From a virus (taxonomy: Duplodnaviria; Caudoviricetes), in the IMG/VR virus record IMGVR_UViG_3300030430_001289, positions 1 through 37,252 of that record: a DNA stretch of 37,252 nt; one strand, written 5' to 3'. A program made the position numbers and the translations under genes. Under the pieces are notes generated by a model, which was not told the origin of the DNA, ran no database searches, and worked only from the letters and a program-made list of their open reading frames with translations. Of this stretch, positions 26,731 through 35,474 are shown piece by piece (the first letter of the stretch is position 1; the number at the start of each line of letters is the position of its first letter).

Positions 26731-26756
26731 TTCGCATAACACACATTATGTTAAAT
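26729..26756 (+). other. XerC/XerD dif-like recombination site
   Basis: AGTTCGCATAA-CACACA-TTATGTTAAAT versus E. coli dif GGTGCGCATAA-TGTATA-TTATGTTAAAT: XerD arm 11/11, XerC arm 9/11, correct 6-bp spacer; intergenic. Confidence 0.85.
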
Positions 26757-26951
26757 AAAGCCATTTGTTCCTTGTCTGTTCTCCTTGGTTTGTAAAAGAA
26801 GGCTCAGACTTTTTTTGGAAATGTAAAGTATTTTTTTTTATTTTTTTTAGGGTCGGCAAAATTTATGTTACTGTGCGTATGGCTATAGGTTGAGTTGAAT
26901 ACATATATATAAGAAGTAAACATCTAAATTTTTTTATGTTATAAATTAATT

Positions 26952-28424
26952 ATGAACATTGAAAATTTAACCACAGATAGATTACGATTACAAGTAGAAA
27001 AATTACACATAGAACATATCAAATTATGCCAAGATAATTTTTTATATTTTGTTCAAGAGATGTGGCAAGATTTTATTTGCAGAAAAGAAAAAGAAAAAAG
27101 CAAATGGGGTCATCATCAAATTATAGCTAACGAGTTTTCAAACATAGCTTCAGAAAGAAAAGGAAGGCTCATAATAAATATGCCACCAAGACATACAAAA
27201 TCAGAATTTGCATCTGTATATTTTCCAGCTTGGATAATTGGTAAGTTTCCAAAATTAAAAATTATGCAAGTATCACACAACACAGAATTAGCAGTACGAT
27301 TTGGAAGTAAGGTTCGAAACATAATTGATTCTTCAGAGTACAAACAAATTTTTGGAGATGTAAAACTTCGTGAGGACTCCAAAGCAAAAGGTCGTTGGGA
27401 AACTAATCAAGGTGGTGAATACTATGCCGCAGGGGTGGGTGCTTCTATTACTGGTCGTGGTGCAGATTTATTAATTATAGATGACCCACATACGGAACAA
27501 GATTCTATGTCCGACTTAGCAATGGAAAGAGCATATGAGTGGTACACATCAGGACCACGACAAAGACTACAACCAGGTGGTTCAATTTTATTGGTAATGA
27601 CAAGATGGGCTGAGGATGATTTAACTGGAAGATTATTGAAAGCTCAAAAAGAACCTAAAGCAGATAAATGGAAAACTATTTCTTTTCCAGCCATACTACC
27701 TGATGGAGTTCCAGTATGGTCTGAGTATTGGGAGATAGAAGAGTTAGAAAAAATAAAAGCATCTTTGCCAATAAGAAACTGGTCAGCCCAATATATGCAA
27801 GAGCCGACTTCAGAAGAAGGTGCGATTATAAAAAGAGAGTGGTGGCAACCTTGGAAAAAAGAAACGATGCCAAATTTAATTCATATAATACAAAGTTACG
27901 ATACTGCGTTTAGTAAAAAAGAAACAGCAGATTATTCTGCTATTACAACTTGGGGAGTTTTTTATCCAGATGAAGTTACACCAAATATAATTTTATTAGA
28001 TGCTGTGAGAGGTAAATATGATTTTCCTGAATTGAAAGCTGTGGCGATGGACAATTATAAATATTGGGAAGCTGAAAGTGTTATTATAGAACAAAAAGCT
28101 AGTGGCGAACCACTAACGCAAGAATTTAGAAGAATGGGAATACCAGTAATACCTTTTGTGCCAAGTAAAGGCAATGATAAGTTTTCTAGAGTAAATGCAG
28201 TTGCTCCTATTTTTGAAAGTGGTGCAGTTTGGTTTCCTTACGGAGAAAATTTTGCTGACGAAGTAATTGAAGAATGTGCATCTTTTCCACATGGGGCTCA
28301 CGATGATTATGTTGATAGTATGACACAAGCTTTGTTGAGATATAGACAAGGCAACTTTGTTGAACTATACTCAGATTATGTGGACAACGAAGACTTGCCT
28401 CCTAAAGATTATATTTATTACTGA
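26952..28424 (+). CDS. terL: Terminase large subunit
   Basis: Walker A IINMPPRHTKS, ITGRGADLLIIDDP, MTRW, nuclease SYDTA...DYSA...IEQKASG...HDDYVDSMTQ. Confidence 0.95.
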   Translation: MNIENLTTDRLRLQVEKLHIEHIKLCQDNFLYFVQEMWQDFICRKEKEKSKWGHHQIIANEFSNIASERKGRLIINMPPRHTKSEFASVYFPAWIIGKFPKLKIMQVSHNTELAVRFGSKVRNIIDSSEYKQIFGDVKLREDSKAKGRWETNQGGEYYAAGVGASITGRGADLLIIDDPHTEQDSMSDLAMERAYEWYTSGPRQRLQPGGSILLVMTRWAEDDLTGRLLKAQKEPKADKWKTISFPAILPDGVPVWSEYWEIEELEKIKASLPIRNWSAQYMQEPTSEEGAIIKREWWQPWKKETMPNLIHIIQSYDTAFSKKETADYSAITTWGVFYPDEVTPNIILLDAVRGKYDFPELKAVAMDNYKYWEAESVIIEQKASGEPLTQEFRRMGIPVIPFVPSKGNDKFSRVNAVAPIFESGAVWFPYGENFADEVIEECASFPHGAHDDYVDSMTQALLRYRQGNFVELYSDYVDNEDLPPKDYIYY

Positions 28425-28432
28425 GGATAATT

Positions 28433-28846
28433 ATGAGTGAAATGAAAACCAAAAAAATAGACCCATTAAGTGAAAGATTAGATAAAGCTGGAATAAGAGG
28501 AGGAGTTGGTAAAAGCTCTAGACCAACTTTAAATAAAAAAGATAAAAAAGTTATTGATGCTTTTTACAAAGGCAAAGAAGCAAGTAGTAATAAATTAATT
28601 TCAGATGGCAAAACTTTAGAAATAATGGGTTTAGGAAGACAGAACATAGCTAAAAGAGATAAAGGAGAATTTGGTGATTTTAACATTATAGCTAAACCAA
28701 GTGGAAGAACAACACAAAGCATATTAAGATATATAAAAAAAACTTTTCCAAAAGATAGAATAAAAAAAGATGCTACAAAAATGGTTAAGAAAAAAAACAA
28801 AGGTGGATTACTTGTTACACCTAAATTAGCTCAAAGAGGTTTTTAA
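28433..28846 (+). CDS. Basic hypothetical protein (137 aa) with C-terminal KGG motif
   Basis: GAGG RBS; lysine-rich; KKKNKGGLLV near the C-terminus. Confidence 0.7.
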   Translation: MSEMKTKKIDPLSERLDKAGIRGGVGKSSRPTLNKKDKKVIDAFYKGKEASSNKLISDGKTLEIMGLGRQNIAKRDKGEFGDFNIIAKPSGRTTQSILRYIKKTFPKDRIKKDATKMVKKKNKGGLLVTPKLAQRGF

Positions 28847-28960
28847 ATGATAAAAAAAATTAAAAATATATTTTCTAAAATTAAAAAAAGATTATTTGGC
28901 AAACTCTGTGAATGTATGCCTAAGAAAAAAAGTAAAAGAGGGAGACCTAAAAAAAAATGA
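28847..28960 (+). CDS. 37-aa basic peptide with AT-hook-like motif (KRGRPKKK)
   Basis: MIKKIKNIFSKIKKRLFGKLCECMPKKKSKRGRPKKK; GAGG RBS, abuts the upstream stop and overlaps the downstream start (ATGA). Not in the track. Confidence 0.65.
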   Translation: MIKKIKNIFSKIKKRLFGKLCECMPKKKSKRGRPKKK

Positions 28961-29331
28961 GCTTACGAACTCAATATAAAGAACTCTCTAAAGAAAAAAA
29001 AGCAAAATTAGAAAAGCAAAGATTAGAGAGAATAGCAAAATCAAAAAAGAAAGCTACAACGAAAAAACGAAAACCATTTGGTAAAAGATTAAGTGATTTT
29101 GCTGCAGTTACTGGATATGACCCTATACAAAGTTTATTAGAGGGACCTACTCTACCTAATATAGATACACCAGATTTAGCAAGTGAAGTTCGAAGTAGAG
29201 TGGAACAACAAAAGGCTAGAATAGCATCTTCTCCAAAATTGTTTCCTATGTATTATGAAAGAGCAAACGAAGGTAATTTTATTACAGTAAAAACTAAAAT
29301 AGGAAGAACAAAAAAAACTAAACTATCATGA
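28957..29331 (+). CDS. Basic hypothetical protein (124 aa)
   Basis: ATGA overlaps at both ends; lysine-rich termini. Confidence 0.7.
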   Translation: MSLRTQYKELSKEKKAKLEKQRLERIAKSKKKATTKKRKPFGKRLSDFAAVTGYDPIQSLLEGPTLPNIDTPDLASEVRSRVEQQKARIASSPKLFPMYYERANEGNFITVKTKIGRTKKTKLS

Positions 29332-31697
29332 TTGAAGAAGAAAATAACCAAGAAGAGGAATCTGTTGTCGAAGAAACTGATGAAGAAGTTACCTCACCAG
29401 ATACAGAAAATACTGAAGAAGTAAATGTTGAAGTAAAAGAAAACACAGAAGAGCAATCAGAACTACAAGAAGAATTAGTAGAACAAGTTAAAGATTTTTA
29501 TTCAAATCTTGCTGAAGATATGGATGAAAGAGTTTTAGGTAGAATATCTAACGATTTAATTAACGATTACAAAAGAGATAAAGAGTCTAGAAGTGATTGG
29601 GAGAAGGCTTACATAAGTGGTTTAGATTTATTAGGTTTTAAATACGATAATGAAAGCAGACCTTTTCAAGGAGCTAGTTCTGTTACGCATCCTTTATTAG
29701 CTGAGGCAGTTACACAATTTCAAGCACAAGCTTACAAAGAATTGTTACCTTCTGACGGACCTGTAAGAACAGTAGTCGTTGGCGACAATACAAAAGAAAA
29801 GGAGGAACAAGCACAAAGGGTTCAAGAATTTATGAACTATATGCTTATGGAAGTTATGGAAGAATACACTCCTGACTTTGACCAATTATTATTTTATTTA
29901 CCTTTATCAGGTTCAGCATTTAAAAAAATATATTATGACGAAGTAATGCAACGAGCCATATCTAAATTTATACCAGCTGAAGATTTAATTGTTCCTTACT
30001 ATGCAACGGACTTGAAAGATTGTGAACGCATTACGCATCTGGTTAAAATGAGTGAAAATGATATTTTAAAAAAGCAAAGAACAGGTTTTTATAGAGATGT
30101 TGATATTTTACCTAGTAGACAAGATGATGAGGTGCAAGAAAAATATGATTCTATAGAGGGTGTTAACCCTTCTGATGATAAAGAGTATCAGTTCAATGTG
30201 TTAGAAATGCACATAGATTTAGATTTAAATGAATACGAGGTAGAGAATGCAGACAAAAATGTAAAAGTTCCTTACATTGTTACGATTGATGAAGGCTCTC
30301 AAGAAGTATTATCAATTTACAGAAACTATGATATGAACGACCCTATATTTAAAAGAAAAGAATACTTCGTTCATTACAAGTTTTTACCTGGATTAGGCTT
30401 TTATGGCTTTGGTTTAATTCATATGATTGGTGGATTATCAAAAACTGCCACCGCTGCACTACGACAACTACTAGATGCAGGTACTTTGTCGAACTTACCT
30501 GCCGGGTTCAAGTCTCGTGGACTACGAATCAGGGATGATGACCAACCATTTCAACCTGGTGAGTTCCGAGATGTCGATGCACCAGGGGGTAATATCAAAG
30601 ACCAGTTTCAAATTTTGCCATTTAAAGAGCCAAGTTCAGTATTATTTTCATTATTAGGATTTGTAGTACAAGCTGGACAGAGATTTGCTGCGATTACGGA
30701 CAATGCGATAGGCAATGATGCACAAAATAGAGCAGTAGGAACGACTATTGCACTCTTGGAACGAGGTTCAAGGGTAATGTCAGCTATTCATAAGAGATGT
30801 TACTATGCAATGAGACAAGAATTTAGACTTTTATCGAGTGTTTTTGGTACTTATTTGCCACCAGTCTACCCTTATGCTGTATATGGAGGTAATCGACTAA
30901 TAAAAATTATAGATTTTTCGCCTGATGTTGATGTTATACCTGTTGCAGACCCAAATATTTTTTCTATGGCTCAAAGAGTAACACTAGCACAGACACAATT
31001 ACAAATTGCACAATCAAATCCACAATTACACAATATTCGTGAGGCATATCGTAGAGTGTATGAAGCTTTAGGTACAAAACAAGTCGATACTTTACTGAAA
31101 CCAGAAAAAATACCACAACCTTTAGACCCATCTATAGAAAATGCTGAGGCATTACGAATGGAAATACCAAAAGCTTATCCAGAACAGAACCACGATGCAC
31201 ATATCATTGCACATACTGCTTTTATTAAGAGTAGAATGGTACAAATTAATCCAATGGTATATGCGTTGTTACAAGCACACATTGCAGAACATTTGTCTTT
31301 TAAAGCTAGAGCTTTAATATTACAAGAGTTACAAGAAAAACCAGAAACTTTAGTAATGCAACAAGACAATCCACAAGCATTTTTGGTGATTACAGAATCT
31401 TTAGTCGCTGATAAGATTGCACAACTTACTTCAGAGCTACAATTATTAGAAAGTTCTGAAGAAAAGACTGACCCATTAATACAACTAAAACAACAAGAGA
31501 TGGACTTACGAGCTTTGGATATGCAAAGAAAGATACAAGAGTTTGTAGATACTGAAGAAAGAAAGATGGGCGAGTTTGAACAAAAAATTGATTTAGAAAA
31601 AATGAAACGAGAGGATAGTGAAGAACAAGCTGAAGAAAGAATACGAATAGCAGAAGAAAAACTAAAAGTAGCAAGAGAGAAAAATGAGAAGAATTAA
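29328..31697 (+). CDS. Portal protein (P22-like podovirus type)
   Basis: Downstream of terL; PF-x-GAS-x-V-x-HPLLAEAV, PLSGSAFKK, PGLGFYGFGL, LLDAGTLSNLPAG; acidic N-terminus and long C-terminal coiled coil. Confidence 0.88.
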   Translation: MIEEENNQEEESVVEETDEEVTSPDTENTEEVNVEVKENTEEQSELQEELVEQVKDFYSNLAEDMDERVLGRISNDLINDYKRDKESRSDWEKAYISGLDLLGFKYDNESRPFQGASSVTHPLLAEAVTQFQAQAYKELLPSDGPVRTVVVGDNTKEKEEQAQRVQEFMNYMLMEVMEEYTPDFDQLLFYLPLSGSAFKKIYYDEVMQRAISKFIPAEDLIVPYYATDLKDCERITHLVKMSENDILKKQRTGFYRDVDILPSRQDDEVQEKYDSIEGVNPSDDKEYQFNVLEMHIDLDLNEYEVENADKNVKVPYIVTIDEGSQEVLSIYRNYDMNDPIFKRKEYFVHYKFLPGLGFYGFGLIHMIGGLSKTATAALRQLLDAGTLSNLPAGFKSRGLRIRDDDQPFQPGEFRDVDAPGGNIKDQFQILPFKEPSSVLFSLLGFVVQAGQRFAAITDNAIGNDAQNRAVGTTIALLERGSRVMSAIHKRCYYAMRQEFRLLSSVFGTYLPPVYPYAVYGGNRLIKIIDFSPDVDVIPVADPNIFSMAQRVTLAQTQLQIAQSNPQLHNIREAYRRVYEALGTKQVDTLLKPEKIPQPLDPSIENAEALRMEIPKAYPEQNHDAHIIAHTAFIKSRMVQINPMVYALLQAHIAEHLSFKARALILQELQEKPETLVMQQDNPQAFLVITESLVADKIAQLTSELQLLESSEEKTDPLIQLKQQEMDLRALDMQRKIQEFVDTEERKMGEFEQKIDLEKMKREDSEEQAEERIRIAEEKLKVAREKNEKN

Positions 31698-31854
31698 AGC
31701 ATTACCACCGAAACGAGGTCCTAACCCTCAAGGTTTAAAAAAAGGAGCATTAAATAGTGGTTGTCCTTATCGTGAAAATGGTGTAAAAGGTAGTGATATC
31801 AAAGGAGTAAAACCTATTCAAGTTAAGGGAAAAAAATTTATCGGTGTTAAATGA
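31684..31854 (+). CDS. Small basic K/G/P-rich protein (56 aa, MRRIKALPPKRGPNPQGLKKG...KGKKFIGVK)
   Basis: Overlaps the portal end and the next start (ATGA). Not in the track. Confidence 0.65.
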   Translation: MRRIKALPPKRGPNPQGLKKGALNSGCPYRENGVKGSDIKGVKPIQVKGKKFIGVK

Positions 31855-32447
31855 TAGATGGTGATTCTAGCGAATACAATTTCATTAGTGAAGAAATAGA
31901 AAAATTAAATTTAGAAGATGTAGTTCTTACTTGCGAAATAGGGTTACGAAGAGGACTTGGTTCTAAAATAATTATGGATGCTGTAAAGAAAAAACAAGTA
32001 CCACATTATAGACATTTAGCAGTCGACCCATACGGAAACTTAGAATACAAACATTACGATAATGCCTTACCTTGTAAAAAAGATTACACAGATAATATGA
32101 AGGTTGAAACATTATGTGAGTTGGTCAAATATAAAGAGTTTAGTTTTTTCGAGTTTCCAGACACATACTTTTTTGAAACTATGGAACGAGGTTATCCATT
32201 TTACATAGATAGTAAAATAGCATTACTAGGATTATATTCTGTTGTGCATTTAGATGGTCCTCACACGACAGAGGCAGTAGAAAATGAAATAAATTTTTTT
32301 ATGAAACGAATGGCTGATGAAAGTATAATTATTATTGACGATTACAACGAAATAAAGGTAAAATCTATAGAATGGTCTTTACAAAAAGTAGGTTTTCAAG
32401 AAATACGAAAAGGCAGTAGAAAATTAATTTTTAAAAGGAGTATATAA
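31851..32447 (+). CDS. Class I SAM-dependent methyltransferase (Methyltransf_24-like)
   Basis: EIGLRRGLGS, AVDPY, VHLDGPH, IIIDD motifs. Confidence 0.75.
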   Translation: MIDGDSSEYNFISEEIEKLNLEDVVLTCEIGLRRGLGSKIIMDAVKKKQVPHYRHLAVDPYGNLEYKHYDNALPCKKDYTDNMKVETLCELVKYKEFSFFEFPDTYFFETMERGYPFYIDSKIALLGLYSVVHLDGPHTTEAVENEINFFMKRMADESIIIIDDYNEIKVKSIEWSLQKVGFQEIRKGSRKLIFKRSI

Positions 32448-32836
32448 TGGCACTAACAGCACTCATAGGACCTGCTACAAAACTAATAGGAAAATTTGTA
32501 AGAGACAAAGATAAGGCAGCACAACTAAGCCATGAAATATCTACTATGGCAGAAAAACACGCACAAGAATTAGCTCTTGCTCAAATAAAATTAAATACAG
32601 AAGAAGCAAAAGGTAATTGGTTTCAATCCTCGTGGAGACCTCTTGTTGGTTGGATAGCAGCAACATCTTTAGGAGTAAACTATCTCTTATCTCCTATATG
32701 TGCTGGGTTTGGTATTACAATACCACAAGCTGATATGTCGGTCATGATGCCCTTGCTACTAGGCTTACTGGGACTCGGAGGTTTGCGTTCTTTTGACAAG
32801 TTAAAGAAAACTGATACTAAAATTGTAAAAAAGTAG
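32447..32836 (+). CDS. Holin of the GTA 3-TM holin family
   Basis: EEAKGNWFQSSWRPLVGW and LLGLLGLGGLRSFDK signature; hydrophobic segments. Confidence 0.75.
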   Translation: MALTALIGPATKLIGKFVRDKDKAAQLSHEISTMAEKHAQELALAQIKLNTEEAKGNWFQSSWRPLVGWIAATSLGVNYLLSPICAGFGITIPQADMSVMMPLLLGLLGLGGLRSFDKLKKTDTKIVKK

Positions 32837-32837
32837 T

Positions 32838-33422
32838 GTGATACCTTTCCCAGATAAAAAATATAATATTATATACGCAGACCCACCTTGGAGCTTTGAT
32901 ACATATTCAGAGAAAGGCAAAGATAAAAGTGCAGACAATCATTATGAGTGTCAAGATTTAGAGTGGATAAAAAATTTGCCAATAAAGAATATAGCTGACG
33001 ATAATTGTATTTTGTTTATGTGGGTTACTTTTCCTACATTACAACAAAGCTTTGAAGTTTTATCTAGTTGGGGTTTTAAGTATTCGACTTGTGGTTTTGT
33101 GTGGGTAAAGTCTAACAAAACATATAACAAAAATCAGTTAAGCTTTGTAAAAGAAGAAAAGTTTGATGCTTTCTGGGGTTTAGGATATTGGACAAGGGCT
33201 AATGCAGAACTATGTTTGATTGCTAAAAAAGGCTCAATAGAAAGACAATCACGAGGAGTACATCAAATAGTGTACGAGCCAATACAAGAACACAGTAGAA
33301 AACCAGATTGTGTAAAAGACAAAATTATACAACTTTGTGGAGACTTACCAAGAATAGAATTGTTTGCTAGAAGAGAAACACAAGGCTGGGATGTATGGGG
33401 TAATGAAGTATGTATGACATAG
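32838..33422 (+). CDS. MT-A70 family N6-adenine methyltransferase
   Basis: IYADPPW, LFMWVT, WGF-x-Y, GLGYWTR-x-NAE, EHSRKP, IELFAR, GWDVWGNE. Confidence 0.9.
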   Translation: MIPFPDKKYNIIYADPPWSFDTYSEKGKDKSADNHYECQDLEWIKNLPIKNIADDNCILFMWVTFPTLQQSFEVLSSWGFKYSTCGFVWVKSNKTYNKNQLSFVKEEKFDAFWGLGYWTRANAELCLIAKKGSIERQSRGVHQIVYEPIQEHSRKPDCVKDKIIQLCGDLPRIELFARRETQGWDVWGNEVCMT

Positions 33423-33592
33423 ATACTTTATTAGGAATAAAAAGAATGTTACAAAAAGAAATTGATGTGGCAAAAGAAAATATCGTCTATAGTGTAGACA
33501 ACTTAGAAACACTTCAGTATGCTAGAGGTAAGCTCAACGCATTAGAGTCGTTGCTACAGGATATAATGAACCTGCAAAAAGAGGAAGAATGA
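33410..33592 (+). CDS. Small coiled-coil hypothetical protein (60 aa)
   Basis: Overlapping coupling on both sides; Y-x-RG-x-L-x-ALE segment; directly upstream of groES. Confidence 0.7.
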   Translation: MYDIDTLLGIKRMLQKEIDVAKENIVYSVDNLETLQYARGKLNALESLLQDIMNLQKEEE

Positions 33593-34008
33593 AACTTATA
33601 AAACCAAAAAAATATGATACATCTGATAAGGATGCTATTATACCTAAAGGCACAAAACAAACTGAAGAATATTTAAACTTAATTCCAACACCAGTTGGTT
33701 ATCGTATTTTAGTACGACCCTTTTCTGGAAAGAAAAAAACTGATGGTGGAATAATCTTAACAGACCAATCTAAAGAAACCATAGAGATGACTACAGTAGT
33801 TGGGTTAGTTATTAAAATGGGTGATATGTGTTATAAAGATAAAGATAGGTTTCCTAACGGACCTTGGTGCAAAGAAGGTCAATTTGTAATTTATGGAAGA
33901 TATGCTGGAGCAAGATTTAAAACTAAATTTGGAGAGCATAGAATTTTAAATGACGATGAAATCATAGGTACTATCAATAAACCTGAAGATATATTAGCAT
34001 TATTTTAA
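33589..34008 (+). CDS. groES: Phage-encoded co-chaperonin GroES (Cpn10)
   Basis: PVGYRILV, mobile loop KTDGGIILTD, G-x-V-x-x-MG, YAG, RILNDDEIIG. Confidence 0.88.
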   Translation: MKLIKPKKYDTSDKDAIIPKGTKQTEEYLNLIPTPVGYRILVRPFSGKKKTDGGIILTDQSKETIEMTTVVGLVIKMGDMCYKDKDRFPNGPWCKEGQFVIYGRYAGARFKTKFGEHRILNDDEIIGTINKPEDILALF

Positions 34009-34017
34009 GGAGATAAT

Positions 34018-34956
34018 ATGGCACAACAAAAATTAGATTTGAACAGAGAGGATGAAAAAGTTTCAGTAGGTGAGGATGCTTACGAAGAAAAACAATTAGA
34101 TGTAGAAAAAGTTTCAGAGGAAAAAGAAGTAAAACTTGAAGAGGTAGACTTAGGATATACAGACCCTATCAAGAAAGAGACCGAAGCAAAAATAGAACCC
34201 AAAGAAGAAAAAAAGGCAGAACCTAAAACGAATTTGAATGAGGTTTCAGAAAGTGTTCAAAGAAGAATAGACCAACTTACCAGAAAGTATAGAGAGGCAG
34301 AAAGAAGAGAAAGGGCTGCCCTTGATTATGCAAAAGGACTACAAGAAAAATATAGTAAAGCTGAAAAAACTATAAACTCTGTAGATACAAACTACATAAA
34401 AGAATTTGATGCAAGAATAGATGCACAAAGAGAGCAAGTAAAAAGTAATCTTAAAGCAGCGATAGAAAATAATGATGCAGATAAAATTATGGAAGCAAAT
34501 GATTTGTTAGCAAAATTATCTGTAGAAAAAGAAAAAGCTAGAATACTTACAGAACAAAAAAAAGAAGCTACAGAAACCAAGGAACAAGAAAAAGTTGAGC
34601 AACCTACAGTTCAACAACCAAGAAAAGAACCTAGTGGCAAGGCAAAAGAATGGGCTCAAAAAAATACTTGGTTTGGACAAGATAAGGTTATGACAAGTGC
34701 TGCATATGGTATTCACGAAGATTTAATCGCACAGGGGTTTGACCCAGAAAGTGAAGACTACTATAATGAAATTAATTTCAAAATGAGGGAGTATTTTCCT
34801 AATAAATTTGAAGTCGAAAAACGACCTCCTCAGACTGTCGCATCGGCAGGAAGAAAACAAGAGGGTCGCAGAACTGTGAAACTCACTCGTTCACAGGTAG
34901 CAATAGCTAAAAAGTTGGGTGTGCCGTTGGAAGAATACGCAAAATTTGTAAAATAG
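34018..34956 (+). CDS. Putative capsid scaffolding protein
   Basis: Acidic disordered N-terminus, long coiled coil (VQRRIDQLT), W-x-x-x-N-x-WFG, C-terminal AKKLGVPLEEYAK; upstream of the capsid genes. Confidence 0.7.
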   Translation: MAQQKLDLNREDEKVSVGEDAYEEKQLDVEKVSEEKEVKLEEVDLGYTDPIKKETEAKIEPKEEKKAEPKTNLNEVSESVQRRIDQLTRKYREAERRERAALDYAKGLQEKYSKAEKTINSVDTNYIKEFDARIDAQREQVKSNLKAAIENNDADKIMEANDLLAKLSVEKEKARILTEQKKEATETKEQEKVEQPTVQQPRKEPSGKAKEWAQKNTWFGQDKVMTSAAYGIHEDLIAQGFDPESEDYYNEINFKMREYFPNKFEVEKRPPQTVASAGRKQEGRRTVKLTRSQVAIAKKLGVPLEEYAKFVK

Positions 34957-34964
34957 GAGTTACT

Positions 34965-35429
34965 ATGGAAAAAGTAAACAGAAACTCACGAACATCCGAA
35001 GTGAGAGATACTAGAAAAAAACAATGGATGCCTCCGTCAAGTCTAGATGCACCTCCTGCACCAAGAGGATATAAACATAGGTGGATAAGAACTGAAACGA
35101 TGGGACAAGAAGACACAGGAAATGTTTCCAAGAAACTTCGTGAAGGTTGGGAGTTTGTCAGAGCTGAAGAAATAACTAAAGCAGTAGGCAAACACGATTA
35201 TCCAGTTATTAGTGATGGTAAATATCAGGGGTTAATCGGAGTTGGTGGGCTCGTGTTGGCGAGAATACCTGAAGAAATAGTTGAGCAACGCAAAAAGTAT
35301 TTTATGGATAAAACTACTGACCAAATGAAAGCAGTTGACAATGATGTTCTAAGGGAACAACGACCAGAGATGCCAATAAATGTAGATAGGCAATCTCGTG
35401 TTACTTTTGGTGGTGGTCGCAAATCTTAA
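34965..35429 (+). CDS. Head-module hypothetical protein (154 aa)
   Basis: AGGAG RBS; W-x-PPSSLDAP...HRWIR...REGWEFV...GGLVLARIP. Confidence 0.75.
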   Translation: MEKVNRNSRTSEVRDTRKKQWMPPSSLDAPPAPRGYKHRWIRTETMGQEDTGNVSKKLREGWEFVRAEEITKAVGKHDYPVISDGKYQGLIGVGGLVLARIPEEIVEQRKKYFMDKTTDQMKAVDNDVLREQRPEMPINVDRQSRVTFGGGRKS

Positions 35430-35474
35430 TTTGTTACCACTTTATTTTGAACAGCCCTAATAAGGAGATATTTT

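Noticed and set aside
27728-30657. Alternative-frame plus-strand ORFs inside terL (27728-27913) and portal (30475-30657)
   Set aside because: Short nested frames without RBS or recognisable motifs.
35413-35448. Imperfect hairpin plus T-rich tract before the decoration/capsid genes as a terminator
   Set aside because: Weak mismatched stem overlapping a coding end, upstream of genes that must be highly expressed; not supportable.
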